From positions 19,487,413 to 19,551,412 of the forward strand of contig JAUZTB010000066.1 of the NCBI GenBank assembly GCA_034780895.1: a stretch of 64,000 nucleotides of DNA. Direction: 5' to 3'. Origin of the DNA: Rhynchobatus australiae (Eukaryota). Shown here in pieces: positions 25,996 through 37,538 of this stretch (positions within the stretch are counted from its first letter, which is position 1; each line of letters opens with the position of its first letter). The notes beneath the pieces were generated by a model, which searched no databases, was not told the DNA's origin, and saw only the letters and a program-made list of their open reading frames with translations. The translations under genes were made by a program, and so were the position numbers.

Positions 25996-28900
25996 ATCTC
26001 TTGTTGTCTTGTGTCTACCCTTATCCAGTCTTGACTTTACTATCCCTAAATTTAATCTCTTCACAATTGACAATTATTTCTTCTGGATCTAAGGCGCTAA
26101 GCTCTGAAATTAATTCTAGTTCACTTGCACCCTTCAAGATGTTCTTTGGGAGCTATCCCTATGCTCAAGCCTTTGGTTGGCTACTCTAGTATCCACTTAA
26201 GGTAATCTTAGGTCGATAACATTCCTCTGAGATATTTATGTTGTATTAAAGATACCATGTAAATATAAGCTGTTGACGACTAAAATAATTGTAGTATCAT
26301 TTCTATATTGCAATGATTACAACTGATAAGTTGGTCTGGTCATAATTAAATATTTTCCTGCAGGAAAAATGGGAGCATGGATGACTGCATATTGGCCAGT
26401 GGCTTATTTCAAACTAAATGCATTCCTTTGTTTCAGATTAAAAACCAGATCAAAATTATAAATGAAAACTCACTTTAGCTCTTGAAATGCTTGCCATTCT
26501 GGCTAAGTTTATTGTTTTGGCAGAATAAAGTGCATTATTATTTGACGACTGGACCATATTTAGTTTAATGGGACTCTGTAATCTGAATGTCCTTCAGATC
26601 AACATTCTTGTTTGCTTTGCTGTAGTGTGATATGCTATGTTATTAGCTTAAGGGTGAAATAATTTGAATTCCTGTTTTGAAATTCCCTATTTAAAAAGAG
26701 TTACTGCAAAATTATGTATCATTTGGCTTGCTGGTCTGCACTAAATTTAAATGTCACTTGACATTTTTTTTACTGAAAATGAAAGTGGAAAACCACGGTA
26801 CTTTTGTACAAAATCACTGAGGTTTTAGTTTGGGAATTTTGGAAATTCACTTCCATGCTGATATTTTTGTTCTTTTTTCATTTGTTGGTGATGGCATTAT
26901 GTGCATCTTATGCTTATGAATAAGCCAGATATGCAGTCATGTGGCTGTTTACTGAGAGACATTTTTGGTATTTATGTATGGCCCTTTAAATTTAAGTCAT
27001 CCAATTTCTCTGCCACCTTTCTTTGCCTCTATACTTGTAGATTTCGGATTGTAGATCTTAATTTCTTCTTGTTTGGATGGAAGATCAGACCACAGAAGCT
27101 ATCCTACATGCTGGGAATTTCCAGCATTTTCTGGTCTAACTCAAAATGGATTGAAGTGTTTGACAAAAATGGTGTAAAAACTCAAGGGACTGCAGTAGGT
27201 TATTGCTAGAAAGGAACAACCAATTACAAAGTTTGTATCAACAGGCATATTCCTTTTAAGTTCTCCATCCAGTAAACTAGGTTGGTGAAATGGAAAATGA
27301 AAGATCATTATTATTCTTGTGCATTTCCAAAATGGAAAGAAGTATTTGTGTTTGCAGATGAATGAAGATTAGGCTAAGGTGTCAAAAGGCATAGTCCCTT
27401 GGAATACTGAAAGGACTAGAGACAAGGTGACATGTTAAGGGAGGGCATGAACCTGCAGGTGGCAAAAATGGTAGAGGATTATCCACAGAATGCAGAACTA
27501 TGGTTGCTGTTTAGAATGTTGTATAACAATCACATACAGTTAATTTAAAGACCTTGCATGTGTAACTTAGTGTTTGTCTGGGAATTTAAAAAAAATATAA
27601 TAGCTAGAAATGCCAGCATGAAGCTTAGTTCATAAGTTATCCATTTTGTACAATTTTTGTGTCTGTGTGGCGAGAGAAGAGAAGCTTTGATATGAGCCAT
27701 ACAGTTCTTCACTTTGGACTTTGGATGCTGGGAGCACAGCCACAAATTGGATAGAGTGAAGCTATACAGTAGAATGTGGCATCCCTTCTGTGACAAGTAA
27801 CAAACACATTTTTAGTGCTTTTAACTTGGTATATAACATGCTTATGCTCAGAAGATATTTCTAGCTATTAAATTTATTGTGAAATTAAATATTGAGCTGG
27901 AGGTGTTTCGTAGATGGAATTTAAATATCCATGGTTAATACAGCCTGAGATTATGAATTGTAATTCCATAATTTTTTGAATTATTTGATAGAATATATAA
28001 TTTGATGCAAATCTTTTTCTGGACTTCATGTCAAAAATGTGGAAAATTATTTAAAACTTCATCACTGATGCAGAAATTATTGCAACTCTGTTTTTAAAAA
28101 GGTTGATGTTGTGGTAAATGTTTTCTGAATCCATGAGTTTGATAAACTTAAACTAGTTTCTTTGAGGTTCAGTAACTTATCTAATGGAATCCTGTTTTTT
28201 ATATTGAGATGGATTAACTGTGCCTTAAAGTCAGCTGGGTAATGAGATAATATACAGCTGCCATGAATATGGCAACAGGATTCAGTTTCTCTACAATCCA
28301 GTTCTTAATCTAAAAATGTACAAATGTAGGGTAAACTCAAAATTATTAACAAAGTGGATCTTGGAGAGAGATGATTTAATCCATCACCCTCGAATACNNN
28401 NNNNNNNNNNNNNNNNNNNNNNNNNNNNNNNNNNNNNNNNNNNNNNNNNNNNNNCATGTTTTATTTTCCTTCGGGAACCACCAGATGCCCTATAGTTTAC
28501 ATCAGCAAAGTTGGCAGGATTTATCAGTGACAACTACGTTGATCTGAACAGGCAAAAATGACTGTTTTAATTAAATTTATCTGGGTGTTGGCTCGTAGCT
28601 TGGAATCATAGAAAAGATGGACAAAAAGGAGGCCATTGAGCCCATTGTGTATGTGCCAGGACTTGCATTTTAATAGAGATTAATTTTTTGGAAGAGATGC
28701 ATATAATGAAGCTTCTCAATGTGCACCATAACCAGCTATAAAAATGGCTGGAGTTATTTCAGCCCAAATTGCCTTCTCCCCCACCCACACATTGGCTTAA
28801 GATCTTTGCCTGGGGAATTTCCAAGATGGCAGAGATGACAAGTTCTGTGACATGCTCTGTCAGAATTTAGTGGTACAGAAAGAACATTATAGAGACCAGA

Positions 28901-29336
28901 CTTGCTCATTAGATAAGAATAGAATTTATTACATATTTTAATGTAATAATAAAAATCTGTCATGCCATCAACTGTCTGACTCATGGCAGGGAACTTTTAT
29001 TTTGTTTCAGAATAACTTTTTGCATAATGCAAAACTGTTCAGTGAATTGGAACACGCAAAGTCACGGTGATTTCCCTTCCCCCAAAATTGTATTTATTTA
29101 CCACGTTTGAATGAACCAAGGTGCTTAACAGGAACATTGTCAAACAAAATTTGACATTGTCCCATGAGATATTAGGGTAGGTTACTTGGTTAAAGAGTGA
29201 AGTTTTAGTAAGGAAAGAGTGGTAAAGGCAAGAGCTTCATGGAGGCAATTCAAGATTAGTCAATTTCTTTGTCTTAGTCAAGTTAATAAAAACAGTGTCT
29301 TGCAGGAAATGAGAATCATACTGAGGTTATCTTCAA

Positions 29337-29495
29337 CAACAAACAATCCGCTGGAGGAACAAAGCAGGTTGAGCAGCATCTGTGAGAGGAAAGGAATTTT
29401 TGATGTTTCGGGTTGAAACTCTACATCAGGACCTGCACCACCTCCAGCAGATTGTTTGTTGCTCCAGATTCCAGCATCTGCATTTTCATGTCTCT
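29337..29495. mobile_element. Penelope pLTR-derived short element with inverted arms
   Basis: caacaaacaatccgctggagg (29337-29357) versus cctccagcagattgtttgttg (29441-29461), 20/21 complementary; tail gctccagattccagcatc shared with ~47500. Confidence 0.65.
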
Positions 29496-31339
29496 GAAGT
29501 CATCTTCAGACCACTTTCAAGAAATATGGAAAATCCAGCAGCAGGTTGTCACATTTTACTCCTTTACAGTATATCTTGTCCCCTTCTAAAGGCAATATAT
29601 TGAGGAAAAAAGGCTGGGATTCCAAAATCTACCTGACTGATACGTTTCCATTCTATGAACCAAAATTATAAAGCCATTATATTTCTGTTGTAATTCATAT
29701 TAATTGTAACAGAAACATAAAAATGCTAGAAATACTCTGCAATTCAGGTAACGTATTTGAAGAGAGAAATGGAGTTAACATTTCATATCATATGAACTAG
29801 GAGAAAATAATAGCCATCTTTATAAATTGTAGAGAAGAGGGAGGGCTGGAGAGCACAAATGGAATGTCTGTGATAGCGAGAAGACCAAGAGGATCCAAAT
29901 AACACAGTTGGTGTTGATTTAAAACAAAAATTAACTCAATTTATTCTGTCTTCTCAATTGTCACCTGGCCTGCTGAGTACTTCCTGTATTGTCTTTTACT
30001 TCAGATTTGCAGCAGGTAGTGAACACTTCCAGCATTTTCTTTCTTTTCTTTCCTCTTCTCATCTCCCTCTTTTACACTTGTCCCAGGCAGATCAGTCACC
30101 CTCTTTCAGCTGGCAGCAACATTACATGTGATTGCATTAAGCTATAAATAAAATACACCCAACCTTAATTCATATTGACACATCATACTTCAAGTACTTC
30201 AAATATGTTTCAACATGTATCCTATCAGTTGGTAGGCAAAACTGTCTGTTTTCTCTTTGCTTGCATGATGTGAATAAAAATATATATATTCTAAATGAAT
30301 GTGGACCCCAGAGAGGTTTAAAAGTATGGTAAAGGAGAAGTTTATTGTTTTCCTCTCATTGATTCCTCAGCCATACAGTGACTACCTGTTTTCATCCTGT
30401 TTGTCAGCTTTAATAAACCATTCTGAGGCCATGTAAAGGAAGGTCTTCTTGAGTGTGCAGATCTGACTGCAGTGAAGTCTGACTGCCGCACTGACCAGTG
30501 ACCTCACACACAGATTGAGGCACTATTGAATCTGAATTAAGTTGCCTTTCACAAGATGTAATCTAAGCATTTTAAGATTTGTTTTACCCTATGAGCATAG
30601 TTAATTTTTAATTAATATTTTGTAGCATAATGCATAAATCAAAAATCCATCAAATAGCATAATTGGTTACTAAGGTTTTATTATACTAACATGGGAATTA
30701 ATTACTCCATTATTTATAGTACAGGTGTAGAGTATAATAATCTTAAAGTNNNNNNNNNNNNNNNNNNNNNNNNNNNNNNNNNNNNNNNNNNNNNNNNNNN
30801 NNNNNNNNNATTGTAGTGTTGAAGTCAACAAAGCCAAAATTTTTTGAAATCAGTCAATCTCCATGATCACTCAAGTCCAAAAGAAATTGACATTAAATGT
30901 TCTTTCTAAGTGTTCAAATGACTTAATTTGGTCCTAAGACCATGCTGATTGCTGGGGTATCTTTTAAACATCGACTTCCATTTATTTCAGTTTACTGTCA
31001 CCCTGTTACAACCTATCTTTTTCAAACCATTCTTTGATGGCAATGATCCAGCTGTGTTGGGTTTTTCTCTTTGTCAGACCACAGCACCCAGCAGGATGGT
31101 GGTGGTAGTAAGGGTGTTGGACTTCTTGTTATAGCTTCAAACTGTTACATGTTTGATTTCTTATTGTGATTTCAAGCTTTCATTCAGCTTTCCTGGCAAT
31201 CATTATGCCATTTGCAGTGATTACAAATTTCTTGCTTTTTGCACCACAAATGCTATGTTTTGAGTCCTGGGATTTTGGTGGCTGGAAGCAGAGTAAAATT
31301 TGATAATGTTACCTATTCAAATCCATGCCTGACATTTCT

Positions 31340-32300
31340 GTACAAATCTTTCCAATTGTGCTTTTGGTACTGCAACAGCACCAAAATGGCTCTAACCAAA
31401 ATAATTTTGACTATTATCTTTGACTATTGTGCATTATTTTGTATTATTAGCCTGTCTTCAGATTGTATGTCTGTGAACATGGCAAACCATCCATCCTCCT
31501 GCAAATTCTCTCTTCTTTTATCCATTTCTATGCAATTGTCTTCATGAGTCCTGCCTATTTCATTTCATCTTCAGATCTCTCTCTGTCTGACAGTTCCTCA
31601 ACATTCAATCCATGGTTCCCTCCCCTGCCTCCTTTTGTTTCCGCACACATCAAATCCATTTCCAAGTATGCATTATCCACTTTTCCATCATTAGCCTCGC
31701 ACAACTAATATAAAATCTGATCAAGGATAAGTTGCTACTCTTTCAGCTAAACATTTGGGAAGGCTAAAGGAGCTGTTTTCAAACTCATTCGTGAGCCACT
31801 GCCAAATATTATTTCTTTCCTCAGTCACATTTATGGATAAACCACACTATAAACGAGGTTGAAATTTTAAACTCCCAAGCTGATTCTGTAACTTTAGATC
31901 ACATCTGCTATGAAGATGACTTCCATTCCTGTAATATCATCCACCTCTGCCATATCTACACTGTCTAAACTCTCATACATATCTTTACCCTTCCACATGT
32001 GTCTGATTCCAATGCAATTCCAGGCAGCCTTCTCTTTTCTATGCTCCATAAAATTATTCAAATCCAAAAATCTGCTGTGGTATCCTGTCATGCTGTATGA
32101 GCATTTTTGCACATCACTACATACTTTTTGATGTGTATTGCATTCCACTTACCCAGTTTTGCAAACTCTTCTACTTGTGTATTAATGTGTAAGAGTGTCA
32201 TGGAGTTCCGTATCTCTGTAATTTGCTCCTGCGTACAACACCTATGCTCCATCTCCCCTATAATTGTCTCCAGCTTCTAAAGGTCAGCTAAAACAGTCTT
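31340..32300 (+). mobile_element. L2-like LINE RT remnant, heavily decayed
   Basis: NSTKMALTKI (cf. HSTETALLKV) and downstream degenerate RT/3' segments; ends approximate. Confidence 0.5.
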
Positions 32301-32743
32301 GCCTTTTCTGTCTGCGTGATTAATATTTCCATTGGTCTGATAGCCAATGTTTCTCTTTCTGAATCATCTAGGTACATTTTTTTCACATTAAAGTCACAGT
32401 ACAGATTCATTTCTCATGAGTTTGAAGCCAAATTGTACAAAAATACTTAATGTGTTCTTTTAGCCATTGGTAACCATATGATTTTAAGAAATGTCATTTG
32501 AATTGAATAAATCTGCATAAACTATGGTGCAGTTCATTGATTGTAATTTGCTGCTGATATTTTAAGCATGTATTTGACAGTTTTATAACCTACAATTTTG
32601 TATCAATCAGTTTGGAAAAAAATTGTAAAAGAAAAACAAACACTGCACAAGAGGGAAATCAAAATTGATATTTCGTGTCAATGATCTTTGATCTGAATAT
32701 TGCTTTTTCTATTATCTGCTAATGTATTTGTTTCTATTCACAG

Positions 32744-32875
32744 TGGAAGAATCTGATATAATTGATCTTGAGAAACGGTACTGGCTGCTTAAGGCTCAGT
32801 CGAGAACGGGACGTTTTGATTTGGAAACATTTGTTCCTTTAGTTTCTCCACCCATCCATCCATCTTTAAGTGAAG
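32744..32875 (+). CDS. USP32: USP32 exon 6 (132 nt, phase 1 to 1)
   Basis: tcacag|TG...GAA G|gtaatg; (L)EESDIIDLEKRYWLLKAQSRTGRFDLETFVPLVSPPIHPSLSE. Confidence 0.97.
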
Positions 32876-33584
32876 GTAATGGAAGCTGAGAGAAAATCTA
32901 AACTAGACATGAACGACAGTTGAAATCTCCAACCTGAATTGGTGCATCCAGTTTAATTGTCAGTTTGGATACTGTGATGTTTAGATAAGCATGCATTTGC
33001 ATTTACAGTTGTAATTGATGATTCATTCATTATTCAGATAAGTGAATTATTAATGGCTGGTTATCAGTCATTATCACTTGATGAAGCATGATGGGAGAGA
33101 TGGGGCAAGAGGGTGAAATAAAGAATAGCTGGAGGTAAGAGTGTAGGAAATTGAGCAGCAAAGGGGAATGAAGAAATCCATGTTGCTGGGCAAAAGCCTA
33201 ATTCTTCAGTGCGATGGAAGAAAGGTGATTGGGAGGGATGAAAGTAGCAAATGAGTTGGAAGGGTAGGTTTTCTCTTATGGATCACAGAATGGTGATTTA
33301 GGACAAAAAAATGAGTGCTGAGAGTCATATCTCAGAGTCTGGGAGAGTGCAATTTGATCCCCACTGGAAAGGATCGAGTTATTCTTTGGACTGCAGCAAT
33401 ACTGAATTCTAAGAAATTATGCAAGAATAGGACAAATTCCAGTCCATCAGGATACAAATTTGTACTCTGAGGTGGAAAATTAAAATGAACTTATGTTTGT
33501 AGTAGTGGGTTGTAGGAAGGGTCATGTTAGACGTTGTATTAGCTACAAGATTTTCACATCGTATACTAATTTTGTTTCAGTGGG

Positions 33585-33834
33585 TTAGTTACATCAAAAT
33601 ACAGTGAAATGCATTTTTTGCGCAGTGTGTTCTGGGGGCAGCCCGCAAGTGTTGCCAGACATCCGGTGCCAACATAGCATGCCCACAATTTCCTAACCCA
33701 TACATATTTGGAATGTGGGAGAAAACCAGAGCATGTAGACACAGGGAGAACGTGCAAACTCCTTACAGACAGTGGCCGGAATTGAACCTGGGTCGCTGGC
33801 GCTATAGTAGCATTATGCTAACCGCTACACTATG
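33585..33834 (-). mobile_element. tRNA-derived V-domain SINE with a different (non-CR1-type) tail
   Basis: Head as in 6163-6406 (gtagcggttagcataatgcta...ggttcaattcc); 3' half matches 4500-4629 and 41040-41120. Confidence 0.88.
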
Positions 33835-34550
33835 TTCATCACCTAAATAGAATTGCTCCTCCTTTTGTAATTAGTCATCAAATAGTTTGGTCACAACACT
33901 CCCTACAGACACAGCTGCTCAGGCATGCTGCAATTGTTCACTTCATAACAAATATTATTCTACAAGGTCTAAAGTGGATCAGCTTAAACTCTGGAACCAA
34001 TGCAAGACCATAAAGAGAAATATTTTGTTTTACTTGATAAAGGGCTCCCTGTGTTAAGGATGACCTGAAAATCTGGTGGATTTGTGGAAATCTGACCTTG
34101 CACACATTCTTCCATGCATTGTTATCATTATTATCTTGAAAAATGCTTAAACAATGTTTTGTGGCATTGATTAATGACTAGATACAGTATACATCCCATC
34201 AGTTTAATTATTGGTAGTGTTAAGGTGAATATTCAATAAAATGAAAGAATCGTAGCAAGTGTCCATAGAGAGAAACGATAGGGTCGCTATAGAAACAGAA
34301 TGTTTCTGACTTGCGGAGCAATCTGCTTACAGACAGTTCTTGGGAACGTAACATTTGTGTTACATGGGGACTGCTTGTACTAGATATGGAAGTATCAATA
34401 ATGAGTCGCATGTGTGAAGTACCATGGATGGTTAGATGATGCATGTTGATTGTAGCTTGCCTATATAAGAAAAATATGAGAGACTCTGATCTATGCAAGA
34501 TAGATCACAAAATTATATTTGTTGCAATATATTGCCCATTTGCATTGCAG

Positions 34551-34658
34551 GTTTATTCAGTGCTTTTGATGAAAATCGTGACAATCACATAGACTTCAAA
34601 GAAATATCTTGTGGGCTTTCTGCTTGCTGTAGAGGACCTCTTGCTGAACGGCAGAAAT
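34551..34658 (+). CDS. USP32: USP32 exon 7 (108 nt), EF-hand
   Basis: ttgcag|GT...AAA T|gtaagt; (G)LFSAFDENRDNHIDFKEISCGLSACCRGPLAERQK; 12-residue EF-hand loop DENRDNHIDFKE. Confidence 0.97.
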
Positions 34659-35496
34659 GTAAGTTTTACTATATTAGACTGTTGTATATTGGCTTGAAGA
34701 AAATTCATCTGTGTTAAGTGCCCTGTCTTTTTGGAATGATGCAAAGCAGTTTTATTCAGTATTAAGCAGAATTGTAAGTTTTATCAAAACATACTATATT
34801 TTCACTTTATAAAAGATCATATATGTGACCATTGCTTGATTTCAATAAGAAAAAATGTACGGTCAATCACTTCAGAATTAACCCATCTATTGTTATATAT
34901 TGTAGACAATACAAATTTCCATCAGAGGATTGTAGATAATGGACAAAACTGTGTTGGATTTTAACCAGGTTCCAAAGTAGAATCCCAATCTATCCCATTA
35001 TTCTAGCTTGGAACTGCTTTGAATAAGGAGACTATTACAAAGTAAAGTAACTGTAGAGAGATGTCATGCTTTTGGAAGAGAATGTGTGATGTATCACATA
35101 ATATTGAAGAAGATATCGTTTAGCATCTTTTTAGCCCATTGTATGTTGCAGTACAAGTACAAAATCCAAACAAGGATTTATAGGCTGACATGTTTTGATT
35201 TGAACTCTATGAAGAAAATGTAGTAATTTTTCTGTAAAATAAAATCTGTAAATGATAACATTCACAGAACAATAATGTCTGCAAAGACAAAGGACATTGG
35301 ATGAACTCGGTAAAAGTACAATCCTGAAACCTCGTAACCAGTATTTCCTTTTTGCACCAGTTAGTCTTGCAGTGTTATTTCATTCATCTATGTTTTATTT
35401 AAAATACTGAAGTTTTTTTAACGTGCTAAAACAAAAGAAAAACTGGAGATGCATATAATTTATTAAAATAAGCTGAATAGCACTTTGCTTTATTAG

Positions 35497-35612
35497 TTTG
35501 TTTCAAGGTATTTGACACTGACCGAGATGGAGTTTTGTCTCGCACTGAATTAGAAGCAATGATAGTTGCACTTTTGGAAGTCTGGAAAGATAACCGCACT
35601 GACAGTATTCCT
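35497..35612 (+). CDS. USP32: USP32 exon 8 (116 nt), EF-hand
   Basis: tattag|TT...CCT|gtaagt; (F)CFKVFDTDRDGVLSRTELEAMIVALLEVWKDNRTDSIP; EF-hand loop DTDRDGVLSRTE. Confidence 0.97.
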
Positions 35613-35724
35613 GTAAGTAATGGTATTGATTTGCACTGTTTCTTTAAATATACCCCTCTGCACGATTAAAAAAAGACATGAACTTGGGTTGTTGCTGCTG
35701 TATTGGGAACCTGGTTTGAATCCA

Positions 35725-35990
35725 TCAGTGGTGTGGCTGCCCCAGAGACCTGGATTCAGTGCTGACCTTGGATGCTGTCTTTGTGCAGTTTTCACATTCT
35801 CCATGACCATGTGTATCTCATGATTCTCATCATATCCGCAAGATATGCTAGTAGGTTAATTGGCTTATCTGAATAAGAGAATATTGGCTGAATTAAATAG
35901 GAGGGAAATAAGTAGAGGGAGAATGGAACTTGTGGGATCACTCTGAGAGGTGGTGTGGGCCTATTGGACCAAATGGCTGCTTTCTGGGTT
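35725..35990 (+). mobile_element. Older V-SINE-like element
   Basis: ccagagacctggattcagtgctgaccttggatgctgtct...cacattctccatgacc...taggttaattggc...ggaccaaatggc tail. Confidence 0.65.
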
Positions 35991-36964
35991 ACAAGATGAG
36001 AATGGCCCACAGCTTGTGTAGGAGAGATTGTCTTGAGGGTTGGTATTGGGCAGACTGGAGTGAGCTGTTTTGCTGCTCATTACTGAGATGTGTAGCTAAA
36101 AGCTGTACCCTGGTTGGCACAGTGAGCCTGAGCATTGCTGGGAACTGTCACTACCTGTAATGATATTTGTCCCAGATCCTACCATCTCTCATTGTAATTG
36201 TTGACTCCCCTTCTCAACTGAGCTTGTTACAGGAGCAATCTGATCCAGAAGGGCAAAATTTGCTAAAAAGCAAAGGTATAATCTTTTCTATATTACAATC
36301 GAGGCTACTTTTCAAAACTCTTCGTAGATCAATTTTTTTGGCTGAGAGGGCATGAAAAGCATCATGCGAAAACAATGTTTTTCTTGTGTCAAGATTTTTA
36401 AATTGTCTTTTAAAACTTGAACCTGATTTCATGAAAGATAATGAAAATAGAATGATTTTAGTCAACTATTTCTCTTATTCAAAAGCAACAAAGTTGGGGA
36501 TCTTTCTCAAAAGGAAAATCCCTATAATTATGTGAACTCTGCTTATGACTTCCACTGTGAATTAAGGGGCATTTCTTCCCATAATTTTGAGCAGCATGTA
36601 GGTTCCACTCCTTGAGTTCCAATAATAACAAGAGAAGCAAGTGTACAAATTGATACCGTGATTATACACAAAGTATTCCTGTTGCCTTAATTCCACTTTT
36701 GAGGCAGACATGCTGGTAATGGTATGAGTCTCCAGTTTTGCTCGTGGTCTTGTTTGTTAAATGAAACAAGCACTATATAAACTGTAGGGTCATAAAATAC
36801 AAAGGGACAATTGAGCTCCATAAGTTAAAACCAAAATGAGGTAATTATTTAAAATTCTTCATCTTTCCCCATGGAAAAGAACTGGGTCTTTACCAGATGA
36901 TTTTCATATTATTTTGCCTTTTAATAGCAGCAAACCACCTCTTTGCAATATTAATCGACATGAA

Positions 36965-37410
36965 GCGGGCACAAACATACGGATTGTGAGGAGGGTAGAC
37001 CATTCAGCCCCTCAAGCCTACTTTACTGTTCAATAAGATCCTGGCTGATCTTGCTGTAACCTCAATGTTGCATTTCTGTCCACTTGGGGTAACCTTTCAT
37101 GCCCTTGCTTAACAATTGTCTGTCTGCCTTAAAAATATTCAATAAAAACTCTGCCCTCTTGAGGAAGAGAGTTCCAAACACTTACAACCCTTTGAGATAA
37201 AATATTTTAGCTCACCAGTACCTTTGGTGGGTTACTCATTATTTTTAAACAGTGACCTTGGTTCTCTTTTCACGCACTAGACCGCTTCCAACTCATTAAC
37301 GTCCTTCCTTTTAAGGAGATCAACAAGGGCACAATACCCTAGGTGTAGTTTCACCCATGCACTGTTTAACTGTAGCATAACTTCCCAATTTTTGTATTCC
37401 CACCTTCGGC
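36965..37410 (-). mobile_element. CR1-type LINE 3' portion, decayed
   Basis: Colinear with 11480-11820 (cattcagcccctcaagcct...aagatcctggctgatct...gccttaaaaatattc). Confidence 0.75.
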
Positions 37411-37475
37411 ACACTTATTAAAGCTTCTTATTTTTAACTCGGTGTTACCTAATTTTTTTGTTACACTTTCTTCAG

Positions 37476-37538
37476 GAACTTCATATGGGAACAGCTGACA
37501 TTGTAAATCACATCTTAAAGAAACATGATACCACCAAG
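37476..37538 (+). CDS. USP32: USP32 exon 9 (63 nt)
   Basis: cttcag|GAA...AAG|gtaggt; ELHMGTADIVNHILKKHDTTK. Confidence 0.93.
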
